A DNA stretch of 40,683 nt from Candidatus Eiseniibacteriota bacterium. Lineage in GTDB: Bacteria; ARS69. The DNA lies in NCBI GenBank assembly GCA_052390515.1, contig JBQTGV010000066.1:1-40683 (forward strand), given 5' to 3'. The position numbers were made by a program, and so were the translations under genes. Shown here one piece after another: positions 26,548 to 35,497 of this stretch; position 1 is the first letter of the stretch; each line of letters opens with the position of its first letter. The notes under the pieces are model-generated. The model ran no database searches. It had not been told where the DNA came from and saw only the letters and a list, made by a program, of their open reading frames with translations.

Positions 26548-28586
26548 TGCGCCACCACGCTCTCCTCGCGGCGCTCCTCGCGCTCGCCGCCGCTCCGGCC
26601 GCGGCGCAGGACGGAGGCACGACTTCGGTCTTCGCCGACGGCGCCGGGAACCGCGCCCTGTCGCTGGGCGGCGCCTACGCCGCCATCGGCGGCGACGCCA
26701 GCTCACCGGTGTGGAACGCGGCCGGGCTGGGCTCGGTGCAGCGCGCCGAGCTGCAGGCCTCCTCGGCCACGCTCTACGGGCTGGACATCTCCGAGCAGTA
26801 CGCGTCCCTCGCGGTGCCGAGCTGGCGCTGGGGGACGGCCGCCTTCGCCTTCCGGCGCTTCGCGGTGAGCGGCGTGGAGCGCCGCAGCGATCGCAACGTG
26901 CTGCTCGAGGAGGACATGTCCGACTCGCAGACCGAGCTCAAGCTGTCCTTCGCACGTCCCATGGGCGAAGGCTGGGACGCTGGCGGTTCGGTCAAGGTGC
27001 ATCGCCAGAGCCTGGCCGGGTACGACGACTTCGGCGTGGGCCTCGACCTGGGCGTGCTCCTGCGGCCCGGCGCCATCCTCGGGCGCGAGGGCGAGTGGAT
27101 GGACCGGCTGCAGCTCGGGCTCGCGCTTCAGAACGTCATCGAGCCGACGCTGCGTCTCGATCAGGACGCCGTCCCCGACCCGACCGCGCTCCGCGCCGGC
27201 TTCGCCTGGCGCCAGCCGTACCGCCTCGGCGGCTTCGGACCGGGTCACGTGCTGGCCGCCTTCGACGTCGTGCACACGCCCGGACTCTCCGGCGAAACCC
27301 ACGCCGGCATCGAGGTGGCTCCGCATCCGCTGCTCGCGCTGCGCTTCGGTCTGGACGACGGCGAGCTCACCGCCGGCACCGGAGTACGCTGGAACCTGTA
27401 CGCGTTCGACTACTCGATGGAGAACGGACCTTTCGACAGCGTGCACCGCTTCGGACTGACGCTGCAGTTCGGTACCACGCTGGACCAGCGACGCGCCGAA
27501 GCCCGCCGCCGGGAGGACGAAGCGTTCCGTGTACGCCTCGCGGAGTCGTTCGCGGAGCGGGAGGCCGAGCGCGTCGCCGAGCTGCTCGAGCAGACACGCG
27601 CGCTGCTCGCCGAGGATCGGGTCGACGAGGCGCTGGAGCGCGTCGCGACGATCGTCGCGCTCGATCCGGATCACGCCGATGCGCGCGCGCTGGAGTCCAA
27701 CGCGCTGCTGGCCAAGGCCGCGCGCCAGGAGGCCACCGGGCAGCTCGCCGACGCGACCGTGCTGTACGCGCGCGTCCTGGCTCTTTCGCCCGAGCACGCG
27801 GACGCCAGGGCCGGGCTCGAGCGCTGCCGCACCGAAGGCGATCTGCGCGCCGCCCGCTCCGCGCGCATCCGCGAGCTGTTCGGGCAGGGCCTGGACGCCT
27901 TCACCGCCGGGCAGCTCGTCGTGGCCAGAGACACGTTCCGCGACATCCTGAATCTCTCTCCCGAGGACGCCGAGGCCCGCGCCATGCTCGAACGCACGCG
28001 CATCGCGATCCGCGGGAGGATCGCCGACTTGGTCGAGCAGTCCGGGCGCTTCCTGGATCGCGGCCTCCTCGACGAGGCCGGCGGGCTGCTGATCGAGGCG
28101 CAATCCCTGGACCCCTACGCGAGAGGCCTGGCCGAGGCGATGGCGCGCCTCGACCGCGAGCGGGCGGCGCGCCAGGAGGGGGCGCGCGGCCAGCAGCTCG
28201 CCGCGGCCAAGCCCACGCCGTCCGGCGTCGCCGCGCAGGGGCCGGCGCTCTCCACCAAGAAGCGCAAGGAGATCGCCGACCTGTACGAGCGCGGCATGGA
28301 GGCGATCGATGAGTCGCGGCCCGACGACGCGCTGCGCTACTGGGAGCTCGTCTGGCTCGCCGATCCCAGCTACCTGAACGTCGCCGACTTCTTGAAGCGC
28401 GAGTACCTGCTGCGCGGCCTCGAGTCCTTCTCGCGGGGCCGGCTGGAGGACGCCGTCGGCCTGTGGGAGAAGGCGCTCAAGGTCGATCCCGAGGACGAGA
28501 AGACGCTCGGCTACCTGCAGCGCGCGCGGGAGCAGCAAATGCGCACGCGGGAGATCCTGGGATCCGAGACGGAGGGCGCGCAGTGA
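26544..28586 (+). CDS. PorV/PorQ-family outer-membrane beta-barrel fused to a C-terminal TPR/coiled-coil region
   Basis: Signal peptide; GAGNRALSLGGAYAAIGGDASSPVWNAAGL; GLDLG; barrel ending HRFGLTLQF, then multiple TPRs. Start overlaps the upstream stop. Confidence 0.88.
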   Translation: MMRHHALLAALLALAAAPAAAQDGGTTSVFADGAGNRALSLGGAYAAIGGDASSPVWNAAGLGSVQRAELQASSATLYGLDISEQYASLAVPSWRWGTAAFAFRRFAVSGVERRSDRNVLLEEDMSDSQTELKLSFARPMGEGWDAGGSVKVHRQSLAGYDDFGVGLDLGVLLRPGAILGREGEWMDRLQLGLALQNVIEPTLRLDQDAVPDPTALRAGFAWRQPYRLGGFGPGHVLAAFDVVHTPGLSGETHAGIEVAPHPLLALRFGLDDGELTAGTGVRWNLYAFDYSMENGPFDSVHRFGLTLQFGTTLDQRRAEARRREDEAFRVRLAESFAEREAERVAELLEQTRALLAEDRVDEALERVATIVALDPDHADARALESNALLAKAARQEATGQLADATVLYARVLALSPEHADARAGLERCRTEGDLRAARSARIRELFGQGLDAFTAGQLVVARDTFRDILNLSPEDAEARAMLERTRIAIRGRIADLVEQSGRFLDRGLLDEAGGLLIEAQSLDPYARGLAEAMARLDRERAARQEGARGQQLAAAKPTPSGVAAQGPALSTKKRKEIADLYERGMEAIDESRPDDALRYWELVWLADPSYLNVADFLKREYLLRGLESFSRGRLEDAVGLWEKALKVDPEDEKTLGYLQRAREQQMRTREILGSETEGAQ

Positions 28587-30634
28587 CGGAGAAGACGAGC
28601 GCGGGCGGGCGGCGCGTCATCAGCATCCGCTGGATCGTGGCCGGCGCGGCGATGGCGCTGACCGCGTTCTCCGTGCTGGGTGTCGGAGCTTTCGCCGAGC
28701 GCAACGCGCGCCGCACCCTGACCCACGAGCTGCAGGCCCGGCTGCTGCTGGAAGTCAGGAACCTCGCCCTGACCAGCTCCGGAGCGCTGCTCAGCGAGTT
28801 CCCGGAGCTGACCCTGTCACCGATCCTCTCCAAGATGCGCGAGGACGAGGACGAGTTCGCGTTCGCCGTGGTGGTCGACAAGTCCGGAGTGATTCGCGGA
28901 CACGCCGATCCGCGGCTGATCGGCGAGAAGTTCGAGCCGGCCGCGCCGCTGCGGCCGATCCAGGTCTCCGCCTCGCTCGGTCCGGGCGAGGTGGTGTTCG
29001 CCGACGAGTCCGTCTTCCTGGCACAGACGCCGGTCAGCCGGCGCGGCGAGCTGGGGAACGAGATCGGCACCGCCTGGGTGGCGCTGCGCCGCGATTACGT
29101 CGAGTCGACCATCGACGAGGCCCGCCGCGGACAGATCCCGCTGGTGGTCGCGCTGATGGCGGCCGCCTCGGGAGCGGCGTTCGTGCTCGTCTCCGTCCTG
29201 CTGCGTCCCGTCGGCGCGCTCCGCGCGGGTCTGGAGCGCATCGGCCGCGGCGACCTGGACACTCCGGTCCGGCTCCGGGACCGCACCGAGCTCGGCCTCC
29301 TGGCCGAGACGATGAACGAGATGTCGGAGCGTCTCAAGCAGGCCCAGGTGGAGCACGTCGAGAAGGAGCGGCTGGCCCGCGAGGTGGAGCTGGCGCGGGA
29401 GATCCAGTCTTCGCTGCTTCCCGCGGGCGACCTGCGCGTCGCGGGCTGCGTCATCGACGGCTCGCATCGTGCGGCCGCGGAGGTCGGCGGCGACTACTGG
29501 GACGTCTTCCCGCTCGCCGACGGACGTATCGGCGTGGCCATCGCCGACGTGTCCGGCAAGGGCTTGGCGGGATGCCTGGTCACGTCGATGCTCGCCGCGC
29601 TGGTGCGCGCGTTCCGGGATACGGAGTCCTCGCCGGCCGCGCTGCTCACCCGTCTGGAGAAGAACCTCGTCGGCTCGTTGCGTCCTGGCACGTTCATCAC
29701 CATGTTCTACGGCATCCTGGATCCGCAGGGACGCGCGTTCCGCTTCGCCTCGGCGGGCCACTGCCCGCTGCTGGTGTGGCGTGCGCGCGAGCGTCGCGTC
29801 GAGTGGCACAAGACGCGCGGCATCCCGCTCGGCGCCGTGCGCGGAGACGCGCTCGCCGCCACGCTGCACGACGAGTGCATCCACCTGGCCCCGGGCGACC
29901 TCGCCTTGCAGTACACCGACGGCATCAACGAGGCCTTCGACGCGAGCGGCCGGAACCAGTTCGGGTTCGAGCGGCTGGAGCACACCGTCGCGGAGTCCGC
30001 ACGGGGCGGCGCGCGCGCGGTGATCGACGCCATCCGGCGGCGCGTCGGCTCGTGGGCAGGGGATCGCCCGCCGCTGGACGACGAGACCCTTCTGGCGGTC
30101 GGAGCGGAGGCGGAGATCGTGGTCGCCTTCGACGGGGCACCCGACCCGGAGGTCGTGCTGGAACGGGCCCGCGCCGTGGGGCGGCGCCTGGCCCTGCGAG
30201 GCCACGTCGACACCCTGGTCGGCTTCGCCGGGTGGATCGCCGAGACGCCGGCCCTCGGCGACCTGCCGCCCCGTGCCGCCAAGGTGCTGGAGATGGTGCT
30301 CTACGAGGTGGCGGCGAACATCGCCGAGCACGGCCTCCGGAATGACGCGGCCCGCATGTTCGAACTCTGGTGGGCGCCCGGGCCGGCCGATGCTCCGGTA
30401 ACGGGCGGGACCTTCGCCTTCGTCGACGACGGCAAGCCCTTCGAGCCGATGGGCGGCCGGATCGACCTGCGCGAGTCGGCGGTTCGCCGGCGAGGGCGGG
30501 GGCTCGGTCTCGAGATCATCCATACGGCGACGAAGGGCGTCGCGTACCACCCGAAGACCCCTGCCGGGAACGTGACGCTCCTGAAGTTCGACCCGGCGAA
30601 GATCCGGACCGAGGAGGAGGTGGCTCATGGGTAA
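28583..30634 (+). CDS. Membrane sensor: extracytoplasmic domain, HAMP, SpoIIE/RsbU PP2C phosphatase and C-terminal RsbW-like HATPase kinase
   Basis: Two TM segments; RPV..L...RIGRGDL...ELGLLAETMNEM; GGDYWD, IADVSGKG, YTDGINEA, DDET; YEVAANIAEHG, DDGKPF, GRGLGL. Confidence 0.92.
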   Translation: MTEKTSAGGRRVISIRWIVAGAAMALTAFSVLGVGAFAERNARRTLTHELQARLLLEVRNLALTSSGALLSEFPELTLSPILSKMREDEDEFAFAVVVDKSGVIRGHADPRLIGEKFEPAAPLRPIQVSASLGPGEVVFADESVFLAQTPVSRRGELGNEIGTAWVALRRDYVESTIDEARRGQIPLVVALMAAASGAAFVLVSVLLRPVGALRAGLERIGRGDLDTPVRLRDRTELGLLAETMNEMSERLKQAQVEHVEKERLAREVELAREIQSSLLPAGDLRVAGCVIDGSHRAAAEVGGDYWDVFPLADGRIGVAIADVSGKGLAGCLVTSMLAALVRAFRDTESSPAALLTRLEKNLVGSLRPGTFITMFYGILDPQGRAFRFASAGHCPLLVWRARERRVEWHKTRGIPLGAVRGDALAATLHDECIHLAPGDLALQYTDGINEAFDASGRNQFGFERLEHTVAESARGGARAVIDAIRRRVGSWAGDRPPLDDETLLAVGAEAEIVVAFDGAPDPEVVLERARAVGRRLALRGHVDTLVGFAGWIAETPALGDLPPRAAKVLEMVLYEVAANIAEHGLRNDAARMFELWWAPGPADAPVTGGTFAFVDDGKPFEPMGGRIDLRESAVRRRGRGLGLEIIHTATKGVAYHPKTPAGNVTLLKFDPAKIRTEEEVAHG

Positions 30635-30980
30635 CGAGTTCTCGATCGAGAAGATCGGGGCGAAGGACACCGTGGCGATGTTCCGCGTGGCCGGCCGCCT
30701 CGACGCGAAGAGCGCGCAGGAGTTGATGCGCGCCTGCCGCGACGCGCGCGCGCACGGCCAGCGGCGGGTCATCGTGAACCTCGCGGGGGTGACGTTCGTC
30801 GCCTCCAGCGGCATCGGAACGTTGCTGGCTCTCACCGAGGAGTTCAAGGAGGCGGCGGGCAGCATCCACTTGGTCGCGCTGTCCGACGCGGTGACGTCCG
30901 TCGTGGACCTGCTGAATCTCGGCCAGTTCCTCAATCTCGGTCAGACGGAGACCGAGGTGCTGCAGGCGATCGGAACGTAG
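30627..30980 (+). CDS. STAS-domain anti-sigma factor antagonist (RsbV/SpoIIAA-like)
   Basis: VAGRLDAKSA, VIVNLAGVTFVASSGIGTLL. Confidence 0.93.
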   Translation: MGNEFSIEKIGAKDTVAMFRVAGRLDAKSAQELMRACRDARAHGQRRVIVNLAGVTFVASSGIGTLLALTEEFKEAAGSIHLVALSDAVTSVVDLLNLGQFLNLGQTETEVLQAIGT

Positions 30981-32306
30981 ATGTTCTCGCTGTGGTCCAG
31001 GAAGGCGAACCCTCCGCCGGCCGAACCGCCGAGGGAACCCGAGCGCGGACCCGAGCCCCATTCGCACCGGGAGCTCGGACTGCTCTCTCTGCTCGAGCTC
31101 TCCAACGAGCTCAACGTGCGGGCCGACGTGTTCGAGATAGCCGACGTCGGGCTGTTCAATCTCATGGGCCACTTCGGGTGCGCGCGCGGAGCACTGTGGC
31201 TCCTGTCCGACGACAACGCCCAGGGCGCGGTGCTGGTCCGCGCGCAGGGAGTGCCCGATTCCGTCGCGCAGGGGCTCGGCACGCTGTGGATGCGGTGGTT
31301 CGCCACGCGCTCGTCGGCGATCTCCGAGCCCGTGCTGGTCGACGACCTGCGCGACCTCGGATCGCTTCCGGGACTCGACCTGGCCGTGCAGGCCAACATC
31401 GGTCTCTTCGCCCCGGTGGCGGTGCGCAGCCGCATGCTCGGACTTCTGGCGCTGGGCCGGCGCGTCGGCGGCGGCGACTTCGGTCTGCTCGAACGCGAGG
31501 TGCTGCAGGCATCGCTGAACCTGGTCGCCGTGGCGATGGACAACACCCACCTGTACAACCGCGCGGTCGAGAACAATCGGCGCCTGCGCCGCGCGAACGA
31601 GCAGCTCACCGAGATGGACCGCATCAAGTCCGAGTTCCTGAGCAACATGAATCACGAGCTGCGCACGCCGCTGACCATCATCTCCGCGTACCTCGACATG
31701 GTCATCGGCGCGGAGCGGGACGACTCGTGCCGCGACCACCTGCGCATCATCAAGGAGCAGACCACGCACCTGCACTCCATGGTCGTGAACGTGCTGGACT
31801 TCTCGAGCCTCTCGCGCGACGACCTGGAGATCCGCACGGCGCGCGGCGACGTGAAGGAGGTCCTGCGCGAGTACTACGTGGACCGGCGGCCGGGCGTCAC
31901 CGCGGAGCTCCGCGAGCTCGTCTTCTCGGGTGCCTCCGACGTGCCTCCGGCGCTCTTCGACCGTCATCGGCTGCTGCAGATCGTCGACTCGCTCGTGGAG
32001 AACGCGGTGAAGTTCACTCCGCCGGGAGCCCGCATCCACGTTCGCGTCGAAGCGGAGCGTGCGCCGGGCCGGGACCGCGTGCGCGTCGACGTGGAGGACA
32101 ACGGTCCGGGGATCCCCCCGGATCGCCTGCCGCACATCTTCGAGTCGTTCCGCCAGGGCGACGGATCGGGCACGCGCGAGCACGGCGGCATGGGGCTCGG
32201 ACTCGCGCTGGCCAAGCAGCTCGCGGAAAAGATGAACGGCGAGCTTTCGGTGGGCACCGAGATCGGCGCCGGGACGATCTTCACGCTGCGGCTGCCGGCG
32301 GCGTAG
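30981..32306 (+). CDS. Cytoplasmic GAF-domain sensor histidine kinase
   Basis: GAF-like N-terminus; KSEFLSNMNHELRTPL, LVENAVKFT, VEDNGPGIP, FESFRQGD, GMGLGLA. Confidence 0.93.
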   Translation: MFSLWSRKANPPPAEPPREPERGPEPHSHRELGLLSLLELSNELNVRADVFEIADVGLFNLMGHFGCARGALWLLSDDNAQGAVLVRAQGVPDSVAQGLGTLWMRWFATRSSAISEPVLVDDLRDLGSLPGLDLAVQANIGLFAPVAVRSRMLGLLALGRRVGGGDFGLLEREVLQASLNLVAVAMDNTHLYNRAVENNRRLRRANEQLTEMDRIKSEFLSNMNHELRTPLTIISAYLDMVIGAERDDSCRDHLRIIKEQTTHLHSMVVNVLDFSSLSRDDLEIRTARGDVKEVLREYYVDRRPGVTAELRELVFSGASDVPPALFDRHRLLQIVDSLVENAVKFTPPGARIHVRVEAERAPGRDRVRVDVEDNGPGIPPDRLPHIFESFRQGDGSGTREHGGMGLGLALAKQLAEKMNGELSVGTEIGAGTIFTLRLPAA

Positions 32307-32324
32307 CCCGTTCGGGACGGAACG

Positions 32325-33131
32325 CTAGCGCATCCGCCACGCCGTCGCGAGAGCGTCCGGCGTCGGCGGCACCGACTCGTCGATCCATCCCGCCGAGCGC
32401 ATCGCGGCCGCGATCACCGGCATCTCCCCACCCCACAGCGCGGGGTCCGACCGCCAGTCCTCGGGGAGAGCCTCGGCGAGAAGCGCCGCTGGTCCATCCC
32501 ACGCGATCCGACCCGCCTCGAGCAACAGCACCCTCTCGCACTCCTCGGCGACGAAGCCGAGGTCGTGGGAGACGATCACGTACGCCCGGCCGGAGCGGCG
32601 GATCTCGCCGAGCAGGTCGTGAAGGCGGTCGACTCCTTCCGCGTCGAGACCCGTGGTCGGCTCGTCGAGCACCACGAGGGACGGGGCGAAGGCCAGGATT
32701 CCGGCGATCGCCGCGCGGCGGGCCTCGCCGCCCGAGAGCGTCTCCGGCATCCGCCCGCCGATCGCGTCGGGATCCAGCCCGACGGTGCGGAGCGCGGCTC
32801 GCGCCTGATCCTTCGCCTGCTCCGGCGTCGCTCCGCGGTTCGCCGCGCCGAACGCGACGTCGGCGAGCACCGTCTCCTCGAAGAAGCCGCGCTCCGCTTC
32901 CTGGAAGACGAGTCCCGCTTCGGCGGCGCCGACGACGCGCCCGGCAGTCGGCGCCAGCAGCCCGGCGAGGATCGTGACGAGCGTCGTCTTTCCCGCGCCG
33001 GAGCGCCCGACGATTCCGATCCGCTCCCCGCGATGCACTTCGAGATCGATCCCACGGAGGACCTCGCGGGGGAACGCCAGGTCCGACGGCGGTGCCCAGC
33101 GTACGCCCTCGACCCGGACCAGCGCGCTCAC
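32325..33131 (-). CDS. ECF transporter ATP-binding subunit (EcfA2/CbiO-like)
   Basis: GRSGAGKTT, VFQEAERGFFEETVLADVAFG, LSGGE, LDEPTTGLD, SHD. GTG 33131 overlaps the upstream stop. Confidence 0.88.
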   Translation of the reverse strand: MSALVRVEGVRWAPPSDLAFPREVLRGIDLEVHRGERIGIVGRSGAGKTTLVTILAGLLAPTAGRVVGAAEAGLVFQEAERGFFEETVLADVAFGAANRGATPEQAKDQARAALRTVGLDPDAIGGRMPETLSGGEARRAAIAGILAFAPSLVVLDEPTTGLDAEGVDRLHDLLGEIRRSGRAYVIVSHDLGFVAEECERVLLLEAGRIAWDGPAALLAEALPEDWRSDPALWGGEMPVIAAAMRSAGWIDESVPPTPDALATAWRMR

Positions 33132-33928
33132 GCGCGGACCGCCGCCACGATCGGTTCGACGCGGTTCCACTCCGGACCGGGTTCGCCCATCGGAACCGCG
33201 CCGCGCTCACGCAGGCGGCGGCGAAGCCGGTGCAGACGCGACCAGAGGATCCCGAGCCGATCGGCGTGCCAGGATCCGAGCAGGTCGGCCGGCGAGCCGT
33301 CGAACACGACCTTGCCGAGGTCGAGGCCGATGACCCGCTCCGCGGCGAGGATCTCCTCCGAGCGGTGCGTCACTTGGACGACCGCCGTCCCCGCATCGCG
33401 TGCGGCTCGGACGGCCGCGAGGAAACGGGCGCGGCCCGGCGGATCGAGCCTCGACGTCGCCTCATCCAGGAGCAGCAGCTTCGGGCGGAGGATGAGCGCC
33501 GATGCCAGCGCGAGCCGCTGCTTCTCCCCTTCGGACAGGAGGTGGGGCGGCCGGCCAGCCAGCTGCTCGAGGCCGCTCCAGGCCAGCGCCTCGTCCACGC
33601 GCTCGCGGATCTGCCAGGACGGGAGCCCTTGGTTCTCGAGCCCGAAGGCCAGGTCTCGTTCGACGGTGCTCCCCACGATCTGGTCGTCCGGGTTCTGGAA
33701 GACGAGGCCCACCGAGTCCGATGAATCCGATTCATCGAATTCGATTGACCCGGCCGTGGGGCGCTGCAGGCCGGCCAGGACGCGCAGCAGCAGCGATTTC
33801 CCTGCCCCGTTGGGGCCCACGAGGCACACGAATTCGTTCGATCGAATCGATAGGGAGACTTGGTCCAAGAGGAGCCGGCCGGCCTCTTCCGGGGGTCCTG
33901 CGAGGCAGACCTCCCGGACCCGAATCAC
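33128..33928 (-). CDS. ECF transporter ATP-binding subunit (EcfA1/CbiO-like)
   Basis: GPNGAGKS, VFQNPDDQIVGSTVERDLAFGLEN, LSEGEKQRLA, LDEATS. Confidence 0.9.
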   Translation of the reverse strand: MIRVREVCLAGPPEEAGRLLLDQVSLSIRSNEFVCLVGPNGAGKSLLLRVLAGLQRPTAGSIEFDESDSSDSVGLVFQNPDDQIVGSTVERDLAFGLENQGLPSWQIRERVDEALAWSGLEQLAGRPPHLLSEGEKQRLALASALILRPKLLLLDEATSRLDPPGRARFLAAVRAARDAGTAVVQVTHRSEEILAAERVIGLDLGKVVFDGSPADLLGSWHADRLGILWSRLHRLRRRLRERGAVPMGEPGPEWNRVEPIVAAVRA

Positions 33929-34710
33929 GAGCGCGGCGCCTCCGCCCCGCGGAGCTCCGAGAGGCTCCGACGGGCGCTCTCCGCGAGAGGGTCCTTCGGG
34001 AAGTCCGCGAGGAACTGCGCCCAGGCCTCGGCCGCCTGGTCCGACCGGCCCAGGTCCTCGAGAGTCTTCGCGCGGGCGAAGGCGGCCTTCGCGTGCCGGG
34101 GGTCGATCCGGCAGGCCGCTTCGAACTCACCGAGGGCGCGCTTGTGCGCGTTCCGCTTGCGGAGCAGGGAGCCGAACGCGTAGCGCGAATCGGCGTCGTC
34201 GGGCCGAGCCTTCGCGATCGATTCCAGGATCTCGGTGGCCTCGGTCAGCTCGCCGGCGTGCATCAGCGCGAGGCCCAGGTTGTAGCGCACGTCCATGCGG
34301 CCCGGCGACCGGCTCAGCGCTTCGCGGAAGTGCTCGGCCGCGGTCCGGTACGAGCCGGCGTCCGCCGCCGCGAGCCCGAGCTCGAAGCTCTTGTCCGAGT
34401 CGGTGGCGACGGTCACGCGTTGCTCGAGCACTTCGCGGATCGGCAGGACCAGCACCGTGCCCCCCGGCACTCGCTCCTCGTATGGCCGATGCGTGAGCCG
34501 GGCGATGCTCGGTCCGAGGCCGGCGTCCCCGTAGACGGACTCGGCGATGTCGTCGAACGACGTGGCCGAGCGAAGGCGCACGATGATCTCGCCGGTGTTG
34601 GTCCGTTCGATAGGCGGTCCGGAGACGGTGGCGCAGCCCAAGCCGGTCGCGGCTGTCACGGCCAGCCCGGCGAGCGCGGTCCGAGCGGCGCGACGGAGCC
34701 TCCCGCTCAC
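33925..34710 (-). CDS. Lipoprotein with LysM-like N-domain and TPRs
   Basis: Lipobox-like GLGC; SFDDIAESVYGDAGL...PGGTVLVLP; TPRs (YNLGLAL, YAFGSLL). GTG 34710. Confidence 0.8.
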   Translation of the reverse strand: MSGRLRRAARTALAGLAVTAATGLGCATVSGPPIERTNTGEIIVRLRSATSFDDIAESVYGDAGLGPSIARLTHRPYEERVPGGTVLVLPIREVLEQRVTVATDSDKSFELGLAAADAGSYRTAAEHFREALSRSPGRMDVRYNLGLALMHAGELTEATEILESIAKARPDDADSRYAFGSLLRKRNAHKRALGEFEAACRIDPRHAKAAFARAKTLEDLGRSDQAAEAWAQFLADFPKDPLAESARRSLSELRGAEAPRS

Positions 34711-35492
34711 GACTCGTCCAGCTCCGCGAGCTGCCGGCGGGCGGTGTCCGCCCATGCGTCCGAAGGGAACGCGTACAGGAAGCGCTGCCAGGCGCGGCGC
34801 GCTTCTTCGGTCCGGCCGAGCTCCTGCAGTGTGCGCGCGCGATCGTACGCCGCGCGGGCATGATGCTCGTCGCGACGGACCGCCTCGTCGAGCTCGGCCA
34901 GCGCCGCCTCCAGCTCACCCCGCTCGCGCAGGACCGCACCGAAGGCGTGCCGGACCTCAGCGTCCTCTGGACGGCGCGCCGCCTCCTCGCGGAGCAGCGC
35001 GAAGGACTCCTCGGTCTCTCCGGTCCGCAGCAGGGCCTCGCCGAGCCGCAGGCGGACGTGCTCCAGCTCCGGCCGGAGGGCCCTCGCCTCCCGCAGCCGC
35101 TCGACCGCCTCGTCCCACTCGCCCTGCCGCCCCGACTCCTCGCCCTCGGCCAGCAGCTGCCGGGCGCGCGCGTCGCCTTCGAGGCGCTTCACCAGATCCC
35201 GCTTCGGAGGCAGGGTGAGCTTCGTGCCCGCCTTCAGGCCCTCCTCGAAGGCGAGTCCCTGGGACTCGGCGAGCGGCCGTGCGAGTCCGGCATCGTCGTA
35301 GACCGACAGAGCGAGGGACCGGAAGGACTGATCTTCGCGTACTTCGACCACGAGGCTCCCGTCCGGCTCGCGGCTGACGTTCGTGGCGGGGAGGGTCGCG
35401 CAGGCGGCGGCGAGGAACGCGGTCAGCCCCGTCGCCGCCGTCGCCAGCACCCACGGCCGTCGAACCGGCAAAGCCGCCCCCGTCAATCGCAT
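34707..35492 (-). CDS. Lipoprotein with LysM-like N-domain and TPRs (paralogue of the downstream gene)
   Basis: Lipobox LAAAC; SFRSLALSVYDDAGL...AGTKLTLP; TPRs. ATG 35492. Confidence 0.8.
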   Translation of the reverse strand: MRLTGAALPVRRPWVLATAATGLTAFLAAACATLPATNVSREPDGSLVVEVREDQSFRSLALSVYDDAGLARPLAESQGLAFEEGLKAGTKLTLPPKRDLVKRLEGDARARQLLAEGEESGRQGEWDEAVERLREARALRPELEHVRLRLGEALLRTGETEESFALLREEAARRPEDAEVRHAFGAVLRERGELEAALAELDEAVRRDEHHARAAYDRARTLQELGRTEEARRAWQRFLYAFPSDAWADTARRQLAELDES

Positions 35493-35497
35493 TCGAA

